The notes: generated from the sequence alone by a model not told the origin. Shown: positions 48,091 to 58,633, numbered from the stretch's first letter. The stretch: DNA of 64,000 nt from Promethearchaeota archaeon (GCA_016839555.1 JAEOUA010000006.1:1-64000); one strand, 5' to 3'. Numbers and translations: made by a program.

Positions 48091-49101
48091 TTAAGCACTT
48101 TCCTTATAATTAAACCAAGCAACAATCTTTGGGATTAAAAATGCAATAACCAAGAGTATAAAGAATCCGGTAATAGAAAGTATTAGTTCGAACAAGAAGA
48201 TAAGATTTGGATCTACATAAAGATATATTATAGTACTCAATGAATTACTAAAACCATGATATACAATAGGAGCGACTAAGCTATTGGTTCGTTCGTAGAG
48301 GAAACAACATACAATTGCAAATGGAAAAGTATTTATGACTTTTCCAATGATATATGGAAGATACAAGTTAAATGAGAGATCTGCATTGATTAACCAAGGA
48401 ATATGGAATATTGTAAACACTACTGAGGTAAAAATAGTAGCATACCAGAATGATTTTCCTGCTTTTCGCATTTTAGTGAAAAAATAGCCCCTAAAGATTA
48501 ACTCTTCAGCAACTCCCACCGCCAATACTTGATAGGGAAAGGTGATAAATTGCGAGAGCTCAAATATTTCAATATGGGAAAAAGCATCTGTACCGCTAAA
48601 GCTGAATGAAAGAACAATATGAAGCAAGGTGAATATTACAATATTAATTAACGCAACCACACAGCCGAGCAATATATTTTTACCTAAATTTTCCCGTTTC
48701 AATCCAAATTCAGAGAGATAGAATCCTTCTACTAAAATAATCTGCGTTGTTACCATATATAACAGTGGAAGCTTCTCAAAAGTGATTCCGAATTTCCAAA
48801 TCATAAATTGTCGGGGAACCCATAATACAGCCATAAAGACCGCAAAAAGAATAACTGTTTTTCGAAAATCAATATCTCCTTCTAATCTTTTTAATTCCTT
48901 TTTACTCTTAATAAGGTGAATCAAGTAAAGTAGAACAATATAGAAAATAATTGAAAACACAATCGGCATAATATAGAATCGGGGATATTCTTCAGAGCCT
49001 TGAATCCAAATATTGAAATCGAAGATCAGAATTATCGCGCATAATCCAAAATACAAGAGATATGGAGTAATTTTTATAAATTTATCATATTTTTCATTCA
49101 T
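48091..49101 (-). CDS. CPBP (CAAX/Abi) family intramembrane metalloprotease
   Basis: VAEELIFRGY, FTIFH, HGFSN; multiple TMs. Confidence 0.9.
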   Translation of the reverse strand: MNEKYDKFIKITPYLLYFGLCAIILIFDFNIWIQGSEEYPRFYIMPIVFSIIFYIVLLYLIHLIKSKKELKRLEGDIDFRKTVILFAVFMAVLWVPRQFMIWKFGITFEKLPLLYMVTTQIILVEGFYLSEFGLKRENLGKNILLGCVVALINIVIFTLLHIVLSFSFSGTDAFSHIEIFELSQFITFPYQVLAVGVAEELIFRGYFFTKMRKAGKSFWYATIFTSVVFTIFHIPWLINADLSFNLYLPYIIGKVINTFPFAIVCCFLYERTNSLVAPIVYHGFSNSLSTIIYLYVDPNLIFLFELILSITGFFILLVIAFLIPKIVAWFNYKESA

Positions 49102-49308
49102 AAGATACTCACAACTATTAGTGTTATTTTTTAATTATTGGTTTTTATCATTTAAAATATTTTCTCCCTAAGAGTTTTTATAAAAAAAATTTAGGAAGAA
49201 TTATTCGGTTAAATAAGAGTGTAAATAAACTATTGGAATTTATATGATCATCAAGCTAAAATTTTTAAATTTTAATTTGAAATTTATCTATGAAATAATC
49301 AAAGTGAG

Positions 49309-50115
49309 TTGATAAAGATTTCAAAAAATAATTATGAATATATTTTAACGGACTTTAATAACGGCATCAAGAAAATCATATTAAACCGTCCTAAAAAGCT
49401 TAATGCGTTAAACTATCCCTTAATCATGGAAATAATAAACGTTTTAGAGGATTCCATGAAAAATCGAAAGATAAGAGTTATTGCGATCGAGGGAAAAGGA
49501 GAAGATTTCTGTTCGGGAGATGATATGAAGAGTATGGGTCCTGATGGAGTAAAATTTAAACCATTAGATGATGGTTCGCAGCTTCCCCATCAAAGAATGA
49601 ATAGATTACTTCGAAAAATTCAAAAACCGGTAATAGCTTTATTGCAAGGATATTGTTTAGGCGCAGGCTTTGAATTAGCCTTAGCATGTGATTTTAGAAT
49701 AGCAGCAGATAATTTGGAAATAGGAGATCATCGCGCGTCGCGGGCGATATGCATAATGAGTGGAGCAAGCTGGCTACTTCCTAGAATAGTAGGCTTTGGA
49801 AGAGCTACAGAAATTATTTTCACCGGAAAGCATCTCTCTGCCGAAGAAGCATACAATATCGGCTTGATCACTGAATATTATCCTACGGATACTTTTAGAG
49901 AAAAATCAATGGAATTTGTGGAGAATATCGCAAAAATGCCAACAAAATGCCTTGGATACAATAAAGCAATGCTAAATTTTTCGATGAAAAATGATTTCTT
50001 TCCATCATTACAAAATGAATTCAAACTCTATTGTAAAAATATAGCATCTAAGGATTTTGGGGAAGGAATGAAGAGCTTTTATGATAAGCGGGAACCACAA
50101 TTTATAGGGCGTTAA
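49309..50115 (+). CDS. enoyl-CoA hydratase/isomerase family protein
   Basis: LNRPKKLNAL, FCSGDD, GAGFELALACD, LPRIVG, KREPQFIGR. Confidence 0.92.
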   Translation: MIKISKNNYEYILTDFNNGIKKIILNRPKKLNALNYPLIMEIINVLEDSMKNRKIRVIAIEGKGEDFCSGDDMKSMGPDGVKFKPLDDGSQLPHQRMNRLLRKIQKPVIALLQGYCLGAGFELALACDFRIAADNLEIGDHRASRAICIMSGASWLLPRIVGFGRATEIIFTGKHLSAEEAYNIGLITEYYPTDTFREKSMEFVENIAKMPTKCLGYNKAMLNFSMKNDFFPSLQNEFKLYCKNIASKDFGEGMKSFYDKREPQFIGR

Positions 50116-50158
50116 ATTAGAAAATTTTTTATTAATTTTTACTTATAAATTGTATTGT

Positions 50159-50971
50159 TTAATTAAACGATTTTAAGGCTTTTCTAATGAAGGGTTTTAT
50201 AGATTTTCCTTTGTTCCAATAAAATTTAAACAAATCTTTACACCAATTAATAAATGAAGGATGATTATCTATTAAACATTGACTATAATCAATATCATTG
50301 CCTTTATTTAAAAATAGAATCCCACCTTTTTCGGAAACTACAAAAGAGAGGCTAATTTTCTCTAAGAGTCGAATATTTTCATAAATATTGAGTTTTTTAT
50401 AAAACTTCATGGGCTCTTTAAACTTTTCGGACCATTCTTTTGGGATATGATATGATTTTAATAATGATTTATCAATTAACGCGCGGATTTCTAAATTTTG
50501 ATTATGGATATTTTGTTCTACAATTGGTAAAAGGGAATTTTGAAATTGATCTGTAATAGCATATATAAATTGTTCAGAGTTTTTTACTAAATCTGACCAT
50601 AATTCAATATTTTGTAGAGTTTTTGTGCTTAATTCAAGTGTTTGGAGCTCACCTAATTGTAATATTAAATAAAGTGGAATTGAAGTGATATCATGGATAT
50701 TGAAGAAATCTTTATATTTAATAGACACTTTAAAAAGATTTATAATCCAATAAAATATTTTTCCAATGTTCGAAATGCTGTATTTCCCTTCCTTTGTTTT
50801 ATTAACTAGTTTTTTTTCCCGAAGCCTTTTTAGATGTCTTGAAACTTCTGAACCTGTTATATTTAAATCTCGTTCAATCTCACTATGCTTTTTATCTTTT
50901 TCATAGAGACTTCTAAATACAGCGATTCTATCTTCATTAGAAAATTCAAAAAATAAATCTTTAATCTCCAA
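50159..50971 (-). CDS. ArsR-like wHTH regulator with DUF1724/FilR1-like C-terminal domain
   Basis: LFFEFSNEDRI, SEVSRHLKRL..LV..G.Y.I..IG, C-terminal WCKDLFKFYW. Confidence 0.8.
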   Translation of the reverse strand: MEIKDLFFEFSNEDRIAVFRSLYEKDKKHSEIERDLNITGSEVSRHLKRLREKKLVNKTKEGKYSISNIGKIFYWIINLFKVSIKYKDFFNIHDITSIPLYLILQLGELQTLELSTKTLQNIELWSDLVKNSEQFIYAITDQFQNSLLPIVEQNIHNQNLEIRALIDKSLLKSYHIPKEWSEKFKEPMKFYKKLNIYENIRLLEKISLSFVVSEKGGILFLNKGNDIDYSQCLIDNHPSFINWCKDLFKFYWNKGKSIKPFIRKALKSFN

Positions 50972-51232
50972 GATAACTCAATATTAAATTTTTCAAATAC
51001 TATATTTGAATTGTAATTTTACTTTGTTATTTAAAGTATAAATATTATGAATTTAAATTCATTAGCATTTTTTTAAATTTTTTAATTTTATTTAAAATGA
51101 TTTAATCAAGTTTAACTTAGTCTTATTTTATTTAGAGTCTTTATACGATTTCTTTAAATTTATAGCAATAATACTATATTTTGAGTTATTAATAAAAGAT
51201 TTTAATAAAATAATAAAAGAGTGTATAGTATT

Positions 51233-51529
51233 TTGTCAGAAGAATTAGAAAAAAGAGCATTAAACTTATTAGCAAAAAATTTTGAATACAATCAAGCGTT
51301 GCATATGGAAGCCCCGCAGATGGCAGAATTACTCGGAGTTAAGGAAATAGAAATCCAACCCGTGTTAAAAGTATTGGCAGAAAAAGAATGGGCTAACCTT
51401 TATACGGAAGGAGATAAAGTCAAATTAGCTAAAATTTCGTGGAAAGGATTGAATGAAATTGGAGAGGTTAATTTAAAGTTTGGAATGGGAAAGCATGCAT
51501 ATGATAATTATAGTGCGGAGGGATATTGA
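51233..51529 (+). CDS. small winged-helix-like protein, first gene of the acyl-CoA cluster
   Basis: MAELLGV..IQPVLKVLAEKEWANL..KLAKISWKG; TTG 51233 preferred (the ORF starts at 51221). Confidence 0.55.
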   Translation: MSEELEKRALNLLAKNFEYNQALHMEAPQMAELLGVKEIEIQPVLKVLAEKEWANLYTEGDKVKLAKISWKGLNEIGEVNLKFGMGKHAYDNYSAEGY

Positions 51530-52776
51530 TAATGTTTGATTATATGCCGTGGTGGGATGAAGACACCCGGCAATTTGCTGATGAAGTGGAAAAATTTGTG
51601 GATGAGGAATTAGTTCCACGGACACAAGCCATTATGGAGCGAAATGAAGATCATATGTCAATTCAATGGGAAGCCTCAAAACTATGCGTAGAAAGAGGCT
51701 TTCATCCATTAATGGTCTTAGCAGAGAAGGAATTTGGTGGGCGAGATAAGGGATATGCGGGATATACTATTCTCAATGAAGAAATTGGGCGGTCTAATAT
51801 TAATGTGAACCCCTTACTAACGAGTGTGTTCGGGGCTGGGCCTATCCATTTATTTGGCACAAAATCGCAAAAGGAAAAATTTCTCAAACCGATAGTTCAG
51901 GGGGATAAATGGGCAAGTATTACAGTGACCGAACCTGATGTGGGAAATGATGCAGCAGGAGTACAACTTTATGCTGAAAAAGATGGTGATGATTGGATTT
52001 TGAATGGATGGAAGCGATATATTACCTTAGGATGTCTTTCTGATTATCACTTAGTTTACGCATTAAGCGATCCAGATATGAGAAGTATGTATCGCCATTT
52101 ATCAGCATTCATTGTTCCAGCAGATTCGCCGGGTATTACTACTGAAAAAGTTAATCAACTCATTGGAGACGTGGAAATGGCGAATTCCGTACTTCGCTAT
52201 AAAGATGTGAGGGTTCCTAAAGAAAATATGATCCTCGGCGATGGCGACGGATGGACCGTTATGACCTCAGCCTTGAATATCGAGCGATTAGGCATTGCCA
52301 GTGTTGTGGGCTCCACTAAAAACTTATTTGAAACTGCGAGAGCATATGGAAGACGTAGAGTCCAATTTGGTTTACCTATTTCACGCTATAATGGAGTCCA
52401 ACTTAGAATGGCAAATATCAGCATGAGAATGCATCTCACAAGGGTTTATATTTATTATTTAGCTGAACTATTAGATACTGGAGAAGCAGATATGTTTAGT
52501 TTTGCCTTAAAATCTTCGACTGCGAAGATTTTTGGAACAGAATCTTTAACTGAAAATTCATTAGATGCGCTCTATATCGTTGGAGGCGATGGTTACCTCC
52601 AGGAAACGGGCATTGGGACCATTTTAAAAAATGCTGCCTTAATGCAAATAGCTGGAGGGTCAAACGATATTTTGCGGTTATTTATTGGACGGCAAGAATT
52701 TAAACAGGATGTGGATGAACGCATGATAAATCCATCTGTCAGAGGACCTACCAAAGAGGAAGCAGAAAAATTATAA
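51526..52776 (+). CDS. acyl-CoA dehydrogenase
   Basis: TEPDVGNDA, WILNGWKRYIT, LNIERLG, RVQFG.PI, GGDGY, QIAGGSNDI. Confidence 0.95.
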   Translation: MIMFDYMPWWDEDTRQFADEVEKFVDEELVPRTQAIMERNEDHMSIQWEASKLCVERGFHPLMVLAEKEFGGRDKGYAGYTILNEEIGRSNINVNPLLTSVFGAGPIHLFGTKSQKEKFLKPIVQGDKWASITVTEPDVGNDAAGVQLYAEKDGDDWILNGWKRYITLGCLSDYHLVYALSDPDMRSMYRHLSAFIVPADSPGITTEKVNQLIGDVEMANSVLRYKDVRVPKENMILGDGDGWTVMTSALNIERLGIASVVGSTKNLFETARAYGRRRVQFGLPISRYNGVQLRMANISMRMHLTRVYIYYLAELLDTGEADMFSFALKSSTAKIFGTESLTENSLDALYIVGGDGYLQETGIGTILKNAALMQIAGGSNDILRLFIGRQEFKQDVDERMINPSVRGPTKEEAEKL

Positions 52777-52792
52777 AAAAGAGGATAAAAAA

Positions 52793-53593
52793 ATGGCAAA
52801 TTATAAAGAAATAAAGTTTGAAGTTGAAGATGAGATAGGGTGGTTAACTATTGACCGCCCAGAAAGACGCAATGCATTATGCAGGGACGTATGGGCGAGT
52901 ATTGGTCAAGTATTAATGGATACATGGGATGATATAGGCGTAAGAGTAATTGTCCTTACGGGAAATGATGATAAAATTAAGGGAAAAGCCGCATTTTCTG
53001 CGGGACTTGATATTAAAGAAATGTCAACCACCGGATTCAAGAATTTAGGTGATTTCCTAGGGATATTACTCGATCCTTGTGAATTAATGGCACGATATCC
53101 AAAGCCATTAATTGCGATGATCAATGGATATGCATATGCTGGTGGGCTAGAATTAACACTATGGTGTGATTGCGCGGTTGCGGCAGATGATGCTGTGATG
53201 GGATTCTGGGAGAATCGTAGAGGCCTTGCGAGTGGGGTAGCCTTCCTTTTACTTCCTGAACTAATAGGAATGCGCCAAACTAAAGAGCTTTTACTTACCG
53301 GGAAGATCATTTCAGCTGATGAGGCTTTTCGAATGGGTTTGGTGAATAAGGTGGTACCACACGATCAATTACGACAGGCAACTAAGGAAATGGCAGAGGA
53401 AATGAAGAAGGTTGCCCCATTAAGCCATAAATGGACGAAAAGATGGTTTCAAAAAGGATATCATTATACCAGGACACGAGCAATTGGATCACTTTGGGAA
53501 CCATTCCAAGAATTATTCCATAGTGAAGATGTGATCGAGGGCTTTACTGCTTTCATGGAGGGTAATAGAGAACCAAAATGGAGTGGAAAATAA
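52793..53593 (+). CDS. enoyl-CoA hydratase/isomerase family protein
   Basis: IDRPERRNAL, AFSAGLDI, GGLEL..CD, GFWE..RG, REPKWSGK. Confidence 0.92.
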   Translation: MANYKEIKFEVEDEIGWLTIDRPERRNALCRDVWASIGQVLMDTWDDIGVRVIVLTGNDDKIKGKAAFSAGLDIKEMSTTGFKNLGDFLGILLDPCELMARYPKPLIAMINGYAYAGGLELTLWCDCAVAADDAVMGFWENRRGLASGVAFLLLPELIGMRQTKELLLTGKIISADEAFRMGLVNKVVPHDQLRQATKEMAEEMKKVAPLSHKWTKRWFQKGYHYTRTRAIGSLWEPFQELFHSEDVIEGFTAFMEGNREPKWSGK

Positions 53594-53663
53594 CATAATC
53601 AAATAAATAAAATATTTTTTTAAATTGATAAATTAAAAATTAACTTTAAGGAGGGAAAAAAAA

Positions 53664-53993
53664 TTGGGTAGTGAAGAATTAATAGAAGGTATTAAAAAAA
53701 TGGTAAGCAAACTTGATGATCCGGATATGGCAGAAAGATTTGAAGGATTTGAGAAAACTTTACAATTTCATTTCAATGATACGGAAAATTATTATTTAGT
53801 TTTTAAGGAATCCAAATGCGAAATTAAAGAGGGAGAAACTGATGATCCGGATATAACAATTATTACAGATAGCCAAGTTATTATCGATATTATGAACGCT
53901 GAACTATCCCCGACTAAAGCGTTTATGGGTGGAAAACTGAAAGCGAAGGGGCCGATGAATGATATGCTCAAATTACAGATGCTAATGAAGTAA
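53664..53993 (+). CDS. SCP2 sterol/lipid-binding domain protein
   Basis: PDITI, LSPTKAFMGGKLKAKGPM..LKL; GGAGG SD + TTG. Confidence 0.9.
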   Translation: MGSEELIEGIKKMVSKLDDPDMAERFEGFEKTLQFHFNDTENYYLVFKESKCEIKEGETDDPDITIITDSQVIIDIMNAELSPTKAFMGGKLKAKGPMNDMLKLQMLMK

Positions 53994-54059
53994 AATCTAT
54001 TTTTAATTTTATATTTTTTTATTTTTTAATTAAGAAATACAATAATGGGTGAAAATTAA

Positions 54060-54878
54060 ATGCAATTTAAATATATTTTATGGAAAATTGAAAATAATGT
54101 TGCTACAATCACATTTAATCGAGAAGAGAAACTTAATGCGATCAATGGATTGATGTTTGATGAGATTTATGACGCTTTAGAAGAGATCGCAAATAATAAA
54201 GAAATCCGTGCCGCAATTATCACTGGAAAAGGACGCGCATTTTCAACTGGCGGTGATTTTAATCAAGCAAGCCAAGGAATGGCAGGAGATGTGGAAGATG
54301 TAAAAGATGGGGGTAAAATGCAATCGGGAGAAGCTGAAATTGATGTATCTCAAAAAAAAATTGTCTTAAAAATGCAAAAAACCCCCAAACCTCTTATTGC
54401 GGCAATAAATGGATTAACTTTAGGAGGTGGACTAAATATCGCACTAAATTGTGACTTAATTTATGCCAAAGAAAGTGCTGAATTAGGTACTTTTTTTATC
54501 AAGAGAGCATTAATCCCAGAGATGTCCTCCACGTATATTTTACCAAGAATCGTTGGGATACATAAAGCAAAAGAATTAATCTTTTTTGGGGATCGTTTTA
54601 GTGCGAAGAAAGCTTTGGAAATGGGATTGATAAATGACACGTTTCCAGACAATATTTTTATGGATGAAGTAAAAAAAATAGCAGAGAAGCTTGCGAAAGG
54701 ACCAACATACTCAATAGGATTGGCTAAACTTGCCATAAATAAGATTTTAGAGGAAAAAATAATTGAAGCATGTAATAATGAAGCAGAAGCTTTATTCAAA
54801 TGCTTTGATTCGTTTGATTTTACAGAAGGTTTAATGGCATTTTTTGAAAAGCGAGATCCTAAATTTTTAGGACGCTAA
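54060..54878 (+). CDS. enoyl-CoA hydratase/isomerase family protein (PaaG-like)
   Basis: FNREEKLNAI, AFSTGGDF, GGGLNIALNCD, LIPE..STYILPRIVG, KRDPKFLGR. Confidence 0.92.
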   Translation: MQFKYILWKIENNVATITFNREEKLNAINGLMFDEIYDALEEIANNKEIRAAIITGKGRAFSTGGDFNQASQGMAGDVEDVKDGGKMQSGEAEIDVSQKKIVLKMQKTPKPLIAAINGLTLGGGLNIALNCDLIYAKESAELGTFFIKRALIPEMSSTYILPRIVGIHKAKELIFFGDRFSAKKALEMGLINDTFPDNIFMDEVKKIAEKLAKGPTYSIGLAKLAINKILEEKIIEACNNEAEALFKCFDSFDFTEGLMAFFEKRDPKFLGR

Positions 54879-54896
54879 AGAATGAGGTGATAAAAA

Positions 54897-55313
54897 ATTT
54901 CCAAAACACAATTAAAAAGTTTAAAAATCGTATCATTAATAGGAGGACTATATGAAGTCTTTTTTGGGATATTACTGATGTTTTTTATTATCCCTTTATT
55001 GAATCTTTTGGGATTAGATATAGAAAGCATTAATATGCCCATATTTCATCAAACTGCTGGGTTGCTCGCTATAATTTTAGGTTTGATGTTGCTTTTTTCA
55101 TCTTTTAATGTCGAAAAACATTTAATGAACATTATTTTAATTATATATCTGCGATTTGCCATTCAAATAATAATCGTCATTAATATCTTTTTAATACCTG
55201 ATATTGCGTTTGGCTTGTTGATATTCGGATTAATTAATCTTATTTTTGCGATTATTACTCTATATTTAATAAAATCTAGTAATCTATCTTTGAATATCTT
55301 AAAAAATATTTAA
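54897..55313 (+). CDS. 4-TM membrane protein, probably starting at ATT
   Basis: GAGGTGA SD, 6 nt, then in-frame ATT TCC AAA. The 5' extension SLKIVSLIGGLYEVFFGILLM completes TM1 (first ATG at 54978). Confidence 0.65.
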   Translation: MSKTQLKSLKIVSLIGGLYEVFFGILLMFFIIPLLNLLGLDIESINMPIFHQTAGLLAIILGLMLLFSSFNVEKHLMNIILIIYLRFAIQIIIVINIFLIPDIAFGLLIFGLINLIFAIITLYLIKSSNLSLNILKNI

Positions 55314-55330
55314 TCATGTGAGCTATTAAA

Positions 55331-56053
55331 ATGTCTAAGATAAACAGTATAATTAAGGAGGCATATGATGATGAAAGATTCTTTTTGATGGAGCATGAGA
55401 GCAAAGACTTTATCGCAGAATATAATATACCCGTTGGAAAATATAAACTTGTACAATCACAGCAGGAGGCAATTAAAGTTGCCAATGAAATAGGATTTCC
55501 TGTTGTTGCAAAGGTTATGAGTCCCGATATTTTACACAAAACTGAGGCAGGAGTTATTAAATTAAATATTGGATCTGATTCGGAACTACAAACAGCATAT
55601 TTTGAAATATTAAATAATGCTGAGCAATATAATCCGAACGCACGTATTTCAGGGGTTAATATTCAGCGAATGGCTCAGGAGGGAATAGTAGAAATCATTA
55701 TTGGAGGGATGAGAGATATAAATTTTGGGTCTATTATCATGTTTGGACTTGGAGGTATTTTTGTAGAAATTTTTAAAGATGTAGTATATAGAGTTTGTCC
55801 CGTTGAAATAAAAGAAGCGGAGCGTATGATTCAAAGCATTAAGGCATATCCTTTATTGAATGGTTATCGGGGAAAGAAAAATGGAGATATTAAACAGATC
55901 CAAGAATGTATCTTAAATTGCTGTGTACTATTAATGGAAAATCCTGAAATTAAAGAACTTGACCTTAATCCCGTTATAGTTTTTGAAAAAGGTCAGGGTA
56001 TTATGGTGGTAGATGCAAGAATAATATTAGAGGAGGATAAGAGCCATGAGTAA
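55331..56053 (+). CDS. acdB: ADP-forming acyl-CoA synthetase, beta (ATP-grasp) subunit
   Basis: EHESK, IGFPVVAKVMSPDILHKTEAG, IMFGLGGIFVEIFKDV, ELDLNP, VVDARI. Confidence 0.93.
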   Translation: MSKINSIIKEAYDDERFFLMEHESKDFIAEYNIPVGKYKLVQSQQEAIKVANEIGFPVVAKVMSPDILHKTEAGVIKLNIGSDSELQTAYFEILNNAEQYNPNARISGVNIQRMAQEGIVEIIIGGMRDINFGSIIMFGLGGIFVEIFKDVVYRVCPVEIKEAERMIQSIKAYPLLNGYRGKKNGDIKQIQECILNCCVLLMENPEIKELDLNPVIVFEKGQGIMVVDARIILEEDKSHE

Positions 56054-57497
56054 ACTTGAAAAATTGAAGGGATTTTTTAATCCCAACATAGTAGCCTTTT
56101 ATGGCGTTTCAAATATTATGCAAAAATTTGGCACATTACATTTAACTAATCTCTTATCAGCAGGATTTCAAGGGAAAGTCATTCCTATCCATCCAAAAGA
56201 GAATGAAATTATCGGATTTAAAGCATATCAAACCATCAAAGATGTTCCAGAACAAGTAGATTTAGTGGTAATCGCCACACCTACAGAATATATAAATGAT
56301 ATATTGGAGGAATGCGGTCAAAAAGGAGTAAAATATGCGATAGTATTATCTGGTGGCTTTTTAGAAGTTGGAAATGAGAAAGGACAAATCCGGATGAAGA
56401 GGATTGCTGATCAATATGGGATGAGAATAATGGGTCCAAACTGTTCTGGAGAAGTTGTAACTCCAAATATAAATATTACTCACGTCCCGTGGCCACCAAG
56501 AAAGGGAGGTGTTTCTATTATCTCACAATCGGGAACTTATGCCGTGCAACCCCTAATAGCAATTAGCGAAAAAATTGGCGTGGGAATATCAAAAATCATT
56601 TCTGTAGGAAATGAAGTAAATACTGATTTAGTTGATTATTTAGAAGCTCTGGAGGAAGATGAACAAACAACGTGTATAGGAATATATTTTGAAGCCGTTA
56701 GGAGGGGAAAAGAGTTTATTGAAGCTGTGAAAACAATTAATAGAAAAAAACCAATAGTTATTATTCCTATAGGTCAAACAGAGGCTGGAACCAGGTCCGC
56801 TAAATCCCATACTGCCGCTATTACTTCTCCCGGATATATCATTGATTCTATATGTGAACAAACGGGTGCAATAAAAGTGAAAAACAGTATTGAGATGCTC
56901 AATCTATTAAATGGATTTGATTCTCTGCCCTTACCAAAGGGAAATAAGGTCGGGATCCTCACGATGGGAGGTGGTCCTGGCACCTTAATGTCAGATTTAT
57001 TTGAGAGTAATGAAATGAAAGTACCTATTCTAAGTTCTCAGCTTCAAGAAAAATTGGAACCATGGATGCCTGAAACAGCTTCCACAACCAATCCAATTGA
57101 TTTAACCTATTCAGACGATATGCAGAATTATTTAAATGTTCTTCCGGAGATCCTTCTAAAGAGCGAGGAGATAGATTCTTTGATTATTTATGGGTTAATG
57201 GGCTCTGAATACCATAAACGCCTTGTAAATGTTCCTGATTTTATAAAAGAAAATCCAAGTGTAATAACTTTGAGAAATTTCGGTGAAATGATGCATGAGT
57301 TTTTCATTGCGATTTTTGATGAATTGATTAAATATAAAAAAAAGTATGATAAGCCTATAATTTTAACATGCTATAATATGCGAGAAGAGAAATTTGTTGC
57401 ATATTTACAAGATAATGGAATTCCTGTATATTATCCTGAAGAAGGTGTATGGGTGTTAATTCGAATGTGGCAATATGCCAAATTTCTCAAATCATAA
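56046..57497 (+). CDS. acdA: ADP-forming acyl-CoA synthetase, alpha subunit
   Basis: RIMGPNC, ISQSG, SVGNE, AKSHTAA (phospho-His), GGGPG, NPIDL; overlaps the acdB stop. Confidence 0.9.
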   Translation: MSKLEKLKGFFNPNIVAFYGVSNIMQKFGTLHLTNLLSAGFQGKVIPIHPKENEIIGFKAYQTIKDVPEQVDLVVIATPTEYINDILEECGQKGVKYAIVLSGGFLEVGNEKGQIRMKRIADQYGMRIMGPNCSGEVVTPNINITHVPWPPRKGGVSIISQSGTYAVQPLIAISEKIGVGISKIISVGNEVNTDLVDYLEALEEDEQTTCIGIYFEAVRRGKEFIEAVKTINRKKPIVIIPIGQTEAGTRSAKSHTAAITSPGYIIDSICEQTGAIKVKNSIEMLNLLNGFDSLPLPKGNKVGILTMGGGPGTLMSDLFESNEMKVPILSSQLQEKLEPWMPETASTTNPIDLTYSDDMQNYLNVLPEILLKSEEIDSLIIYGLMGSEYHKRLVNVPDFIKENPSVITLRNFGEMMHEFFIAIFDELIKYKKKYDKPIILTCYNMREEKFVAYLQDNGIPVYYPEEGVWVLIRMWQYAKFLKS

Positions 57498-57675
57498 TAG
57501 ATAAGGGATATATTCTAAATTAAGAACTATATTAACTAATTGAACATGACAGTTAGCATCGGTTTTTCAATATTGTTTACCAATTTGAGAATGATTAAGA
57601 ACATATCTTAATCTTGCTCAGTTATTATAGGTATGTTTATTTTATCCTTTTTCTTTAATATTCCAGCAGTAATCT

Positions 57676-58317
57676 TTATATGTTTGAAAGAGCTTCCTTA
57701 ATGATATATTGATTACTATCTGGATAATGTTGCGCGTAATCCAATATTTTTTCTTTTGAAACATATTTCATAAATTTTGCGATGTCCACGATGATTTTCT
57801 GACTATGTATGCCATTATATCGCCATAAGTACACAAAATCAAGCACAGTTTTTTCAGGATCTGAATAACGCACCTTGCGATTTTCTATCCCGAAGTTAAA
57901 TAAGGAGTATTTTAACTTAATAAATTTAAATTTCCGATTGGCAATCATAATTGGTTTTCCTTTAAATAAGCGGTTGCTCATTATATAAAAGATTTCTTTG
58001 TCTTGATCAATATTAATTCCATTTAATTTAAAGGCAGTATATAAACCATAATACCAATTTTTAATTCCTTTTAATTTTAGCCCTTTTCCCACTAATTCCA
58101 GAAGAGAATATTTTAATTTTTTGGATTCAATTTCTTCAGGAGTTTTCACATAATAAATACCTTCAAATATTTTCACGATATATCCTTGGGTGAGTAAATA
58201 TCGAATAACATTGTTATAGTTATAGTAAAGTTCTCTACTGTATTTTTTAATCTCGTCAGATGTACAAAATTCTTTTTCATCTTCTTGTAATTGTGATAGA
58301 ACTTTTCGCATTGACAT
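57676..58317 (-). CDS. AbiEi-like (type IV TA antitoxin-like) wHTH protein
   Basis: YLLTQGYIVKIFEGIYYV, WYYGLYTAFKLNG, YSDPEKTVLDFVY. Confidence 0.7.
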   Translation of the reverse strand: MSMRKVLSQLQEDEKEFCTSDEIKKYSRELYYNYNNVIRYLLTQGYIVKIFEGIYYVKTPEEIESKKLKYSLLELVGKGLKLKGIKNWYYGLYTAFKLNGINIDQDKEIFYIMSNRLFKGKPIMIANRKFKFIKLKYSLFNFGIENRKVRYSDPEKTVLDFVYLWRYNGIHSQKIIVDIAKFMKYVSKEKILDYAQHYPDSNQYIIKEALSNI

Positions 58318-58633
58318 GGTGGAAATTAAACCTTATGACTATAAAGAGTATTTTTCCCAATTTGTGGGGTAATGTTATGACAATTAATATAATTTATTAT
58401 AATTTTTATCTTTATCCAAAATGTTATGTAAGTTAATAATTCAAAATAAAGTATTCTTCAATTAGTTATTTTATAAAATCCAAGTTCAATATAAGATTAA
58501 CCTTATATGAGGCAAAAAAAAAAAGGAAATTTACTAATTCCATTGGTGTTTGAAAAAGGATACTATGAGATTCTTTCATTTTATGGGACTTTTTCTATTT
58601 AAAGATTTCATCAATATAAAGTGTGTTGACATC

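Noticed and set aside
53716-53854. 14-bp direct repeat GATGATCCGGATAT in the SCP2 gene
   Set aside because: Only two copies, both encoding DDPD within a coding region; no array or mobile-element context.
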